Shown: positions 12,207 through 23,977 of the stretch, one piece after another
Layout of the letters: the number at the start of each line of letters is the position of its first letter
Numbering within the stretch: position 1 is the first letter of the stretch
Origin: Toensbergia leucococca
Lineage: Eukaryota
NCBI GenBank assembly: GCA_022813965.1
Contig: JALDZS010000089.1
Span: 1 to 64,000, forward strand
Direction of reading: 5' to 3'
DNA: 64,000 nucleotides
Notes under the pieces: generated by a model
What the model was told of the DNA's origin: nothing
Seen by the model: the letters and a program-made list of their open reading frames with translations, nothing else
The model's database searches: none
Made by a program: the position numbers and the translations under genes

Positions 12207-12891
12207 ATGAAATCATGTGTAACCCTCTTCCTCGCTACACTCCTGCCCTTCGTTCTCACTGCGTCAGCGGAAGAATCAACTGTACCCCGAATCTTCACCC
12301 TCGTAGCCGTCGCCTCCACCACACCGATCCACCTCCAACCTATCAATGCCGACAACCAACTATTCTACATCGGCAAAGGGCCAAACACATATTGCCCCCT
12401 ACAACCAGTGAGCCAATGTCCTCCAGGAAAAGAGACAGGGTTCACATCCGAAAACCTTGAATGCAGCCTTGTAAGTTTTGGACGTCCTTTCCTAACAGAC
12501 TGTAGAAATCCTTCTTTGTATCTTGGAAAAGGAGACTGATCAACATCAACAACAACAGTCCACTGAGGTCCCCGGCGGACAAGCCGTCTACGTTTCCCAA
12601 ACCGGCGCTCTGGGCTTCACACAAGCTCACTCGGGCCTCATCCCCCCCGGTGCAAGTTACATTGGCTTCTTCGATGCCAAAGGCGCCAATTTTGGTGAAT
12701 TCACGTACTACGGAAAAGGTTTCTTGGCGTGTCCGGCCAAGGGTGGTAAGGGGCCGTACCAGGTGTTTGCCAAGGTCGCGGGTATGACTGATGCGGTGGT
12801 GCCGAATGGGAAGGTGGCGCAGTGTATCAAGTTCTCGGCTGTGGCGCCATTTTACGATGTGAGTGGGCCGGCAGCTTGGCAGTATGAGTAA
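12207..12891 (+). CDS. Small secreted Cys-containing protein (fungal 'IgE-binding protein'-like), 2 exons
   Basis: Signal peptide MKSCVTLFLATLLPFVLTASA; TYCP..CPPG and EVPGGQAVYV...GALGFTQAHS motifs, C-terminal AAWQY; intron 12471..12558. Confidence 0.8.
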
Positions 12892-13958
12892 TGGTGGGCT
12901 TGGGAGGCTGGTTTGGTTGGAGGTCGGAATTGAAGGGAGAAGGGGGGTACATGGTCTGATGTATTTGGTTAGTTTTGTAGAATATGGCGATTTAAAGAAG
13001 TGGAGCGAGTGGTTAGCGTTGAAGGCGTCAGAGATTGTACAAAATTTAGAGTTGTGACGGTCGATCTGTTCCTGTTCCTGTTCATCAGATAATATTTGAT
13101 AGACCTAATGGCCTATAGTATTGGAAGTGAAACCAGAAATACTTTATGATCTAGCAAATAAGAAATGACCGGCTTACAAGACACAACTGCCCAACAGGAT
13201 GTAGTCCTAGGTAGATCGACTTTTAAAGACCGAAACATTGGGGTATCTTAAAGCACTACCCAATCTACTCATCGGGAGGAGTGTCGGGTGAGTATTCCAC
13301 CTCGTTCCCTTCTTCAATGTCATCCTCACTCCCCGACTCATCATCGTCGTCACTCTTAAATCCTCAAACCACATAATCCGCACCATTCTCTGGGATGATG
13401 CTTCCATCAAAAGGGTTCACAGGTCCTACTTGGCCCAGTATGACAGCGGATATCCTTGTCAGGGGACAGCAAATTCGTCAATCTAGGTCGACCTTGGGGG
13501 AGGTGGAGGTATGTCTTGGATTGGTTCATTTCTTCTTTTTACGGCTGTTTCAACAAAAGACTTCCCGAATTATTACTGTCTGTCTCAAATGTTATGTTAT
13601 TCAAGCTATGAAAGCTCACAAAGAGGAAATTTGATAGGGTAGATCCGGCATTACCGGAGCCCCTTTAGGGCTTTGATGTGCATATATGCATGACATACAA
13701 GGCCTGTCTTTTGATTGGATAGAAACGATGTACCTTGCATCATCACTCTGAGCTACTCTCACTTCGAACAAGCGTGGTCGCGGTTTCTCGTGAAGGAAAA
13801 CAACGCGATACTAGCGCATCTTGATAAGTGCTTTCATCGCTCTTTATATTCAACACACAGCCCACACGTTGCTCACTCCTCACTACTTAATTAATTTGCC
13901 CACTCTTCTATCGACAAGTCATTCAGAGTTTTACTGAGTTCCCCATCCCCAGACAACC

Positions 13959-15395
13959 ATGACTACCCAGATTACGCCTTCAAAGAAGGTATAAAGCTCT
14001 CGCCACATCCTATATACGTGACCCGTCTATCAAGTCAACGCTGATGCATCTTCTCCTAGGCTGCTTCAGAACTCGAAAATCTCAAGATGGGTGATTCGCC
14101 AGCCAAGAAGCTCAATTTCGATACTGTCGGTAAAGAGAATGCTCAACACAACGTTCCTGCCCTTGACGACAATGAATCGAGGAAGCCTCACGTCGAGTTT
14201 GTGACACAAGAGGACAAGGTTACGGCTGTGTCGACTCTCAAGGCAGAGGAAGTGGATGAGCCGCTGTTACAAGAGAATGCCCACCGTTTTGTGCTTTTCC
14301 CGATCAAGTATCATGAGGTTCGTCCCGATAAACGCGCCACGCGTAAAGTGTTCTCGAATGCCTATAGCTAATCTAATCGTTCAACAATAGGTCTGGCAAA
14401 TGTACAAGAAGGCGGAAGCGTCGTTCTGGACCGCGGAAGAAATAGATCTGTCAAAGGATTTACATGATTGGAATAACCGACTCAATGATGATGAGCGATA
14501 CTTCATATCCCATGTCCTTGCATTCTTTGCTGCATCTGATGGTATTGTCAACGAGAACCTGGTCGAGCGATTTAGCGGCGAAGTACAAATACCTGAGGCG
14601 CGTTGTTTCTACGGTTTTCAGATCATGATGGAAAACATCCACTCAGAAACATACTCCCTACTCATCGACACGTACATCAAGGAGCAAAAGCAACGCACCT
14701 ATCTCTTCGATGCCATAGAGACCAGTAAGGCCCCAGTCGGTCTGCAAATAACTTGCAACGCAGCTGACCTGAGTCTAGTCCCATGCATTCGTAAGAAGGC
14801 TGAATGGGCTATCAAATGGATCCAAGATAAGAACTCCAGCTTTGCTCAACGCCTCGTGGCATTTGCCGCCGTCGAGGGAATTTTCTTTAGCGGCTCCTTC
14901 GCCTCTATCTTCTGGTTGAAGAAGCGGGGTCTCATGCCAGGCCTGACCTTCTCCAACGAGCTAATCTCTCGTGATGAGGGTCTTCACACTGATTTCGCTT
15001 GTCTCCTTTTCTCCCACCTCAACCACCGACCAAGCAAGCAAGCCGTCCAGGACGTGATTACTGAGGCTGTCACTATCGAGCAAGAATTTTTGACCGACTC
15101 CTTACCATGCGCTTTGCTAGGCATGAACGCAACGTTGATGAAGCAATACATTGAGTTTGTCGCAGATCGTCTTCTACTGGCACTTGGTAACCAAAAATTC
15201 TACAACTCCACAAACCCTTTCGACTTCATGGAATCCATATCATTAGCAGGAAAAACTAATTTCTTCGAAAAGCGTGTTGGCGACTACCAGAAAGCTGGTG
15301 TGATGGCCAGCGCCAACAAGAAGGAAAAAACCGGCGAGGAGATTGAGAATAAGAACGAGAACGGCGGCGACTTTAAATTCGATGAAGACTTCTAG
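13959..15395 (+). CDS. RNR2: Ribonucleotide reductase small (R2) subunit, 4 exons
   Basis: [40 protein letters not shown] motifs and C-terminal FDEDF; ATG at 13959 ([10 protein letters not shown]); introns start at 13989, ~14318 and ~14725. Confidence 0.97.
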
Positions 15396-15732
15396 ATACC
15401 CGCTTCGAGCTCCAATAGATTCACTACGTGTACATTATTTTGTGTTGGCGATTATTTCTTCTCTTTTTATTCTCTCATATCGGCCTGACTGTTGTGTGGC
15501 CAGTACTGCGCATCCTACCATTTCCGGCGTCTGTGTTTTGGGGGATTGGAAATAGCAAGGCTGGGTAGGATAAACAACACGAAGAAAAACTCAATGATCA
15601 ATAGCAGTAACAGACTGTCTCAATTAATATAACCTAGTTAGAAGCAGTCTTCGTATCGAACGCCCCGCAAGGCCTGCAAACGAGAAAACCCGATAGCGCC
15701 TCGCAATGCCAGCAAATGCTATTCTCGCCGGT

Positions 15733-16311
15733 TCATTTTTTCCCTTTCTTTTTCTTACCCCCGGCCCCACCTCCACCCGCCTTCCCCTGTCCCGCCTTCA
15801 CCTCCTTCCCTCTAATCTTCGGCTGCTCCCCAACAATCTCCTTTTCCACGACCGTCTTCGTCTCCCCTTCCTTCACATCCTCTTTCCCCTCCTCCTTTCC
15901 CTCGGGCAATGCAGCCATCACCCTACCGCATCGTCCCAAAGCCGCGACCAATCTTCCCACATCGGCAGCCTTGTCAGTGCGGTATTTCAGACAAGTGCCC
16001 GAGACGGGGTCGTAGGTTTTGAGAACGAGGTAGGCTTTTGAGGGTGGGGGGCCGGGTGTTGATGTTGATGCTGATTGAGGATTTGATAGTTGAACTGTGG
16101 AGGGAGCGGGTGTGCAGAGGATGGTGTATTTGGTTGTTATGCGAGTCTTTTTAGAAATGTTTAGGCGGGTTCTAGAGCTTTATCCCCCGATGGAGGAATT
16201 GGGGGGGGGGTTGGTAAGGAGGATGGGGGACGGACATACGGTTGAGGGCCGGGCGGAGAGGAGGAGGGTGGAGTTTTCGAGCCAGGACTGGGCGTTTGGG
16301 AAGTAGGGCAT
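15733..16311 (-). CDS. SRP21: Signal recognition particle Alu subunit, SRP9/SRP21 family, 2 exons
   Basis: MPYFPNAQSWLENSTLLLSARPST|TRITTKY...KTYDPVSGTCLKYRTDKAADVGRL...GKKKKGKK; intron 16239..16147. Confidence 0.85.
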
Positions 16312-16585
16312 TACTTTTCTTTGGTTTGGTAAGTAGGAAGCTATGCAAGATGGTTATTGCGGTGATGGGGGGGTGGTGCTCGCTTAGCCCTATGTCAATA
16401 TTTAGAGGGTCTAGCTGTGACGCAGAAGCATCTTTCGTCAGTAGATGAACAATGGGTGATGAATAGCCCAGCGATACCAATACTGTTGAGAAATTGCACT
16501 TCTTTAGCCCTTATGCTTAGCGAGCTCCCTATAAGTAGCAGTTCTCCTCCTTAGCTATAGAATCAACCGTCATCAACATACCTTC

Positions 16586-18131
16586 ATGACAACAAATACC
16601 TCCCAATCAGAAGGCGCAATCCTTATTTCAGACCTCCTCCAAAAATGTCATGCCCTCCTCGACGAACTCAACCAGTTCTGCGCCTTCCTCGTCGACCGTA
16701 AAAAAGAGCATGCCGTCGAGATAAAACCCTTCCGGAATTCCGTCCTCTCAGAGCTACGATCCCTAGAAAAAGTAAGATTTTACACACCTAGCTCTCAAGC
16801 CCCTCTACCTCCCCTCACCCCAAAGGACATGTCCGCCCTACTAATCCCTCCGCCGGCAGCTGTCGACTGCAGACCCAACTACCGACCGAACTATCCATAC
16901 TCTCCGCTCCTCCAATCTACCATTTTACACCGCCGTCTGGACCGCCGCAAAACAAAGCCAAGGTCTTGTTACCTTCTCCAAACGCTTCTACTGGTCTCCT
17001 CCCCCGAACCCAAAATCCCCCATCAAGAAACGTTGCGCCCTAGTCGATATTGTCGCCCGTGACGGTGCCGAATGGATCAAAGTCTCTACAATAACCGAAT
17101 CACGGCTCCTCTTTGAGCTCGCCAAAGCAAGCTGGGAAGAAGGCACAGACTCCTCTGACAACGACGACGGCGGCGATGAAGATGGCCTCCGAGTCAATGG
17201 CAACGGGACTCACACCCCACTGTCACAACCCAGCGACTCCGGCGACCATCTCAACGATGACCCCAGGATAGAGCTCCTAACTCAGGCCCGCGACCTCCAG
17301 AAAGCCTCCCTCGCTACCAAAATCCGCTACAAGCACCCACAAATCCACTTCGTCCTCCCCAAAATCCACGCTGACCGCACCCCCCAAATCGACACCCTTC
17401 TCTCCCACATCCTCGCCACAGGGGCCACCGTCCAAACCGCCTCCTCTCCCACCACTTACCCAACTCCCCTCTCAAACATTTTCCCCACGCTCCTCACCAA
17501 CCCTCTCTCAACCCTCACCCCAACCCTAAATATAGATTGCACCATCCTTCTCGCCCTAGTCTCCGACCTCTCTCACGCCACCATCTCCCCCTCTCCCCAC
17601 CACCACCGCGCCATAACCCGCCAAATGGATCTCGAAGCCCAGGAGCACCTCCTCCCCAGCAGCCTGTACCCAGCCATGGCCGGTCGCGCCCTCGTCTGCA
17701 CCACCGAAGCTGCCCGCCGCATGCGTGAAATCGTCACCCTAATCGGCACGCCCGCCGAGAAAGCGCGAACGGACCTTCTACTCGGCGAACACGAAGACAG
17801 CACGCCCGCAAAGCTAAGAGCAGCGTTTCAGGAACAGAGCGCATATGAGGTGCCTGCTGACTGGAAGCTACCTGTGAGGGTTGTAGAGGCGGAGGTGGAT
17901 ATGACGCGATTACCACCGGTGGCGGGGAGGGTGGCAGAGCTATTGTCGGGGATCAACCGGAGTGTATTTTTGTATGGGTGGAGCGAAGGGTGCGTGACTG
18001 TTAGTTCAAATCGGACGGTCGTGAGGTTGATTGAGGGTATTGTAGAGGCGGAGGAGGAGGTGGGACCGGGGGTTTGGTTGTGTGGGACTGCGAGGAGTTT
18101 GGTTGGGAAGGAGAAGGGGAGGAGTGCGTAG
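16586..18131 (+). CDS. DUF1308 / UPF0415 (C7orf25-like) protein, 2 exons
   Basis: LRSSNLPF, VDIVARDGAEWIKVS, LNIDCTILLALVSDLSH and TARSLVGKE motifs; intron ~16772..16859. Confidence 0.8.
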
Positions 18132-18375
18132 AGGAGGAGGGTATAGGGAGTGCGCCGTGCTGTTTGAAGGGGGAGGATGAAGGGGTTTGAGGTTGGGGAG
18201 TTGCATTGATAGGGGTATAATTTGCGGTGGAAGCACTGTATTTCCGTCTCAAAGATACCCAACGAATGCCATTCAAATATGCATAACAACACCCACACCT
18301 ATTCGCAAACAAAGAAACGGTATACATGTCGCTTTGCCAGCTCAAATCTCAGGACGGGCTTAAATGAAACAAATA

Positions 18376-20310
18376 TCAATCATCCTTCCCCGTCAGCCTC
18401 TTTCGTTCCCCAGAATTCCGCGGGGACTCGTCCTCGTCATCAGACCATTTGTCCGCATCTTCGCCCACCGCGAAGATGGTCTCGCCGTCCAATGACTGCC
18501 GATGGTGTTGGTTGTCGCTGACCGGTTTCGGGGGGACGGGTGATAGGGAGCCGTTGGCGCCGTTGGGCGTGTGGGCATCTGGGGGGGAGCGGTCTTCTTC
18601 GTCGAGGGAGCCGCCGAAGGAGGCGATTTCGAAGCCTTCGTCATCTTGGGCTATCTGTTTGGGGGTGTAAGGATTGTGGAGATGGGTGTTTGGGAAATAA
18701 AGAAGTAGGGGGTTTACCTCGTCGCTCATGGCGAATCGTCTATTGTTGGCTGTTGGGCGCCAGAGGTAGGCTACGTAAGCGATGTCGACTAGGTAAACCA
18801 GATTGAGCCAGCCGTCGAGGATGAACCATCGTGTCTGCCAGTGGTCGGGTACAAAGTCACGATCGCTTCTCCCTGCAAAGTTCATGGAGTTAAGGAAGAA
18901 GAAGCCGAAGATGACGACGATGCTGCCGAGGATGCACCACCAGAGCTTTTTGTACATCATTGCTTTGACGCTCTGCTTCCTTGTCAATAGATCTTTCATG
19001 GTTAGGTTCAAAGAGCTGAGTGTCCAGACGTAGAAGGCTGTTAGTGTGCTTGCGAGAGGCAAGATGACCAGCAGAACGAGAGGTCCTGCTTCGTCAGGTG
19101 TGATGGTCAGGCTGGCAACGGCGTAGATGACTCCGAATACAAAGTGGGCTAGAGCGAGGATGCGGACGTAGAGCATGATTTTGCCGAGAGTGAGCTTGAC
19201 GACACCGTAGCCCATGCAGACTATCAAAAGAAGGAAAAAGGAGAAGGAGTTGCGGCCAGCATTGAGGACGGCGACTATGACCATTAAGACTTTGGCGAGG
19301 GCATTGGAGCCATGTCTGTTTTGGTAATCTGTTCATATTAGTCTCGCAGCGATGTACTTGGTGCGTTAGGTTATGTGGATACCGTAGAAGCCCCATGTCA
19401 TCAGCTGCTCGACAACAAGGAATATCAGGATTGCGGTGATGTAATTTTGTACAGCCACTAGCGATCTGTGAGTAGAATGCGCTTCATTGTTGAATTGGAC
19501 CAGGACTTACATATATCGTGACGGTTTTGCACGTAGAGAAAGGCCCAGAGACTAAGGGCCGTCAGCAAAGCCCTCCAAATAATCAACAGAAACACTCTTA
19601 CATTCCAATGACGGCATATACAATTGCTAGGCCTCCATAGAAGGGAAGTTTAGCGATCTGTGCAGCAGGCAGCTCGCCGTACGCATTTCTGAATTCTACG
19701 ACCACGGAGTAGTCCGGTGCAGTATAGCCATATGTGCCCACGCAGTAGTAGCCCGTCCTTTTTATTGGATAATTGATCGGAGCTGGGTCCTTTAAATGGA
19801 CCACTTGGCTAATAATTGGATTAATTGATTCCTCGGTTGCATTGGAGCTTAGGATGAATGCGCCCATCTGAGCTTCCGTACAATAGCCGGCATCTACGTT
19901 CGCATTGGTACATATAAATTCCTATTGAACGTATTGCACACGTCAATGATCGTTTCTAAAGTCAAGGGACTTTCCATACCTTTGCGGTGGAAGTGGGCGA
20001 GGGATACACTCCTATGAGGTTGTCGTCCTGCCATTCGAAAATAACCAAGCTAACCATAAGATCCTGATCCTCCTCGGGCGGCGATTGTAGGACTTTGGCA
20101 AGAATGAATGGATCCACCGAGCCTCCCCACGATTTCCGACCATACATGCCCGAGCATTTTTCGGTGTTTCCATCTTTTTGAGTCTATGACAGTGTTAGTC
20201 CACAAGACTTTGTAAAGAAGATTGGTATGACACACAATTTCCACTTCATCAGCTATCACCGACGTCAAAGCAAGACATAAAGCCAGCAAAGCTGGCAGCC
20301 ACGTCTTCAT
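18376..20310 (-). CDS. PTM1: Lung-seven-transmembrane (Ptm1/TMEM87-GPR107-like) membrane protein, multi-exon
   Basis: Signal peptide MKTWLPALLALCL; MYGRKSWGGSVDPFI, EFRNAYGELPAAQIAKLPFYG, LNAGRNSFSFFLLLIVCMGYGVVK and WRPTANNRRFAMSDE motifs; several GT-AG introns. Confidence 0.88.
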
Positions 20311-20655
20311 CTTAACGCCAGTCGATCGAGCCACGTAACTTATGTACAACCCTTAAGGTAAATGGCAATAAAGGTCAAAGAAATAGGAATCAAGTTTAGA
20401 CGGAGCGATTGTGTAGATGTGTTCATCGATAGGTGTTGAAAATTGGACATCCGGAGCTCATATATCGCAAAGTTGGTCCAGTGTCACCTTTTGAGGAGCA
20501 AGCTTAGGTGAGGCTGAGTAGTAAAATATGAGCCCTGTCTCCTCGGCTACCACGTCGATCTCCCGCGCCCTAAGCCCCACATTCATTCACTCTATTCTGG
20601 CTTCAAGATTGCACTTAGCATCACGGTTCCTCGCTCACCTGACTCTGAATCCACC

Positions 20656-21869
20656 ATGGCCACGGAGATTCATAACACGCCTATACCTTGCGCAAGGTGT
20701 CGACTTGCTGAAGCTGTACTGGTGATACGCGCAGAACAACTATGCAGGTATGTCTGTCTTCGTCATCAGGTCAAGAAGGTGTGGCTCATATTACCGTCAG
20801 AGAATGTTTCGAGAGCTACATTACCACCAAGATTGTCAAACGTCTAGAGTCGTACAAAGTACGTGGAGGCTTTAAAGATCCGCCCAAGATATTACTTCTT
20901 CCTCTCTCATTTGGTGTCTCATCCATCATTATGCTGCATATGCTCGATCAACAATTCCGTATTCAGCTGGAGCGTATCAATCGTACAGGCTATGAGATCA
21001 AAGTTCTATTCATTGACCAGTGTGCTGTCATTGGCCAAACAGAGTACGAGGCTCATCTGAGCCTTCTCAAGCAGAGGTACCCTTCTCACATTTACTCCGT
21101 TGTTTCGTTGGAAAATGTTTTTGATTACAACATAAACCTCGAGGATGAGTTATCCAATAAAGCAACATTTGGAGATAATTCTCCGTCATCCACAAATCTT
21201 GAAAGAATGGACTGCTTGCTTTCATCTCTTCCTTCGGCTACTTCAAGAACCGACATAATCAACATTCTACGGCTTCGCCTGATCGTGGCGTTTGCACAAC
21301 AACATGGCTGTGATAATATAATATGGGGAGATTCTACAACTCGGCTGGCCGAGAGAACGCTTTCAGAGACAGCAAAGGGTAGAGGGTCCTCCATCCCATG
21401 GCTTACAGCCGATGGAATCTCTCCGTACGGAATAAAATTCAGCTACCCAATGAGAGATCTATTAAAAAAGGAATTGATAGCCTACGCGTCGATGGTGTTG
21501 CCGCCGCTAAGTCCGCTGATCATGGCTCGTAAACCTCCTACCTACGTCTCCGCATCTTCAAAGGATACTACCATCGACGATTTGATGAACCAATACTTTG
21601 AATCCGTGGAGCAAAATTACCCTAGTATTGTAGCTAACGTGGTTCGGACCTCAAACAGATTGGAGCAGCCATCATTTGAACCCACTGCTTGTCCGTGCCA
21701 AATCTGTGGCTTACCGACCACAAAATGGTCACAGGGACTCCACGGATGGGGTGGGGATCAAGAAAATCCTTCAACTGCGTTGTCTGCAGACGCAGCAACG
21801 GTTGAGAGAGACGACCGGCTTTGCTATGGTTGCGCGAGAACAATTATAAACTCAGATGATCATACATAG
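20656..21869 (+). CDS. CTU2: Cytoplasmic tRNA 2-thiolation protein 2, 2 exons
   Basis: N-terminal CxxC...C|xxCF; LSFGVSS, WGDSTTRLAERTLSETAKGRG, YPMRDL motifs; C-terminal CQICG and LCYGCAR; intron 20748..20800. Confidence 0.92.
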
Positions 21870-22321
21870 AAGGCTTGGAATTCCTGATCAGGTCTGCTGT
21901 ATTCCAAGAAAGTTTAGTATAATATTCTTACTAATATTGTGATATTACTGGATGGTTCGAGGTTGTTAGATGAAGCAGGGACAGCATCCAGTCTGCCCAT
22001 TCTTGAAGCGAACAATTCAAGCGCTCACATGAAGCTGCGGACGACCACACAGATATCTACATCCGTATGGGAAGGCTTCTTTGGGGATGTATTAGACTAA
22101 ATGGAAAATGAGAATAATTTGAGTCATTAATCCAGATCAGACAGCAATAATGCTTGGGATGCCAATTGTCGCTGTCGAACACTTAACAAAAGGGTATCAA
22201 ACATGAATTCGTTCATACATGGGCCTCAACCTCGCGCCAGCCTTGCCGGCTAAAATAATCATTTCACAGCGCTCTTACTACAACAACAAAAGTCCAAAGC
22301 TCAGGGTCTTTTCTTCTCATA

Positions 22322-23255
22322 TTAAAGCTCATTGCGCCGAGGTGGATGAGGTGGTGGAGCGCCCTCACCTGCTTCCAAATCTCTATCGCTGTTCCCTTGT
22401 CCGCTAAAATTTCGGAACCACCCACCGCCACCACGGCCATCCGGTCTCGTGGCGGTTGGCTTAGGCGGAGCAGGTGGAGGATGCTCATTTCCGGTGACGT
22501 GATCGCGACCAACAGACCCGTTCTCGTATCGTGGAGGAGATTGCATTTGAATGGGTTGCTCGTGGTATTCTTCGTGGTGATTGCCAATGAACTCCATTGG
22601 TCTACCATTCTCGACTCTTGCAGCATTCCGAGCTTTCTTTGCTCTTTCGTCGAGATATTTCTCTAGGAGAACGGCATTTTTGGTGTTGCATCGAAAGAAG
22701 GCATCGGCGAGGTCACCGATGAAGGGTACGAGACCAATTAAAAAATCGATGACGACGTTCATAATCATTTTAGACAAGATGCTGGGATCGAGACCGTGTT
22801 CCACTTTCTTGCATGAGTTAACGACCATAAGAGCCATGAAGACGTCAAAAGCATCCCCTGCGCTGTGGATGGAATTAGCCAGAGACTTGCTGATGACTAT
22901 ATAGATAGGCCATACAAAGGGAATATTCCAATAAGACTGCTCCATCCAAATCGTATTCCGCAAATATTTATGCTGTTATCCAAAATATATGCTCGACGTT
23001 TGACTTTTGCAAGAACTTTGGCGTCCTGGGGTGAGAGGCCTTCAGGTATTGCCCTTCGCCTCTTGACTGTCTTTCCTGTAGGTCTGCCTTTGCGGTCTTT
23101 GACTGGGACTTCCTCGAAATACGGATCCTTTTCTTTGAGTCAGTACGAACCATATTCAAAGTAACAGGCGAAAGACTCACTTGTTTTCCAAAATTGTTCT
23201 TTGAGGATTCCTTGAGAATTCGCTGGCTCACGAATTTTGCAACCGCGGCAGACAT
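22322..23255 (-). CDS. DUF4112 membrane protein, 3 exons
   Basis: KVKRRAYILD...GIRFGWSSLIGIFP|AGDAFD...DFLIGLVPFIGDLADAFFRCNTKN; two introns. Confidence 0.85.
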
Positions 23256-23977
23256 GATGTTTAGGGGGGCGAATGAGATTACTTTAGGTGTTTTGCGAAG
23301 ACAAGCTTGATTGTGAGTTGTTGTTGGGAAGTTGAGTACTTTTAAGTAGATGATATTTTTAATTCACGGCCCCTTCGTGAATAATGGTTTCACAGCAATG
23401 GCCGGATGCGGGCGCGTGGTAGGTCTAGGATTGTCAAAGGAATATGAGGGTAGATACCATCATAGAAATGAGTGGCAGATGGAACTTCAATGAACGAGGG
23501 TGCTTGTTACAAATACATATTCTGAAAGAAGTTCTGCGCAATATGAGTGGAAGGAACCTGATTGTTTACCGCTGCAACCAAGCTTGCGTCATAGGACTGG
23601 GTCGGGCGCTATTTTAATTCACGCCACTGGTGACGATGAAGCCACAGTGTGACGCCACGAGGGGCTGTGCTTGCGCTTCACTCCATACTCAGGTCCTCCT
23701 AATTCCTTACTACGGTTCCGTACACCTACGCACCATTCTCAATCCCATTTCCATATATCACCAACTTTACTTTGCTTACCATGAGCTATCAATAGCACAG
23801 CCTCAGCTACTGTCGACATCTGTTCTGAATTCTCTTATACTTGATTGCGCGGGGGTCTGTGAGGCCATCAGCTGATCTACTCATCTCTCGCTGTCCATTG
23901 TTGTGCCTTGCCTACCTTCCTCCCATCCTGCCTTGACCTTGAGATAAGCGTAGAAATGCTCCAGGAGTCAGATCAGG

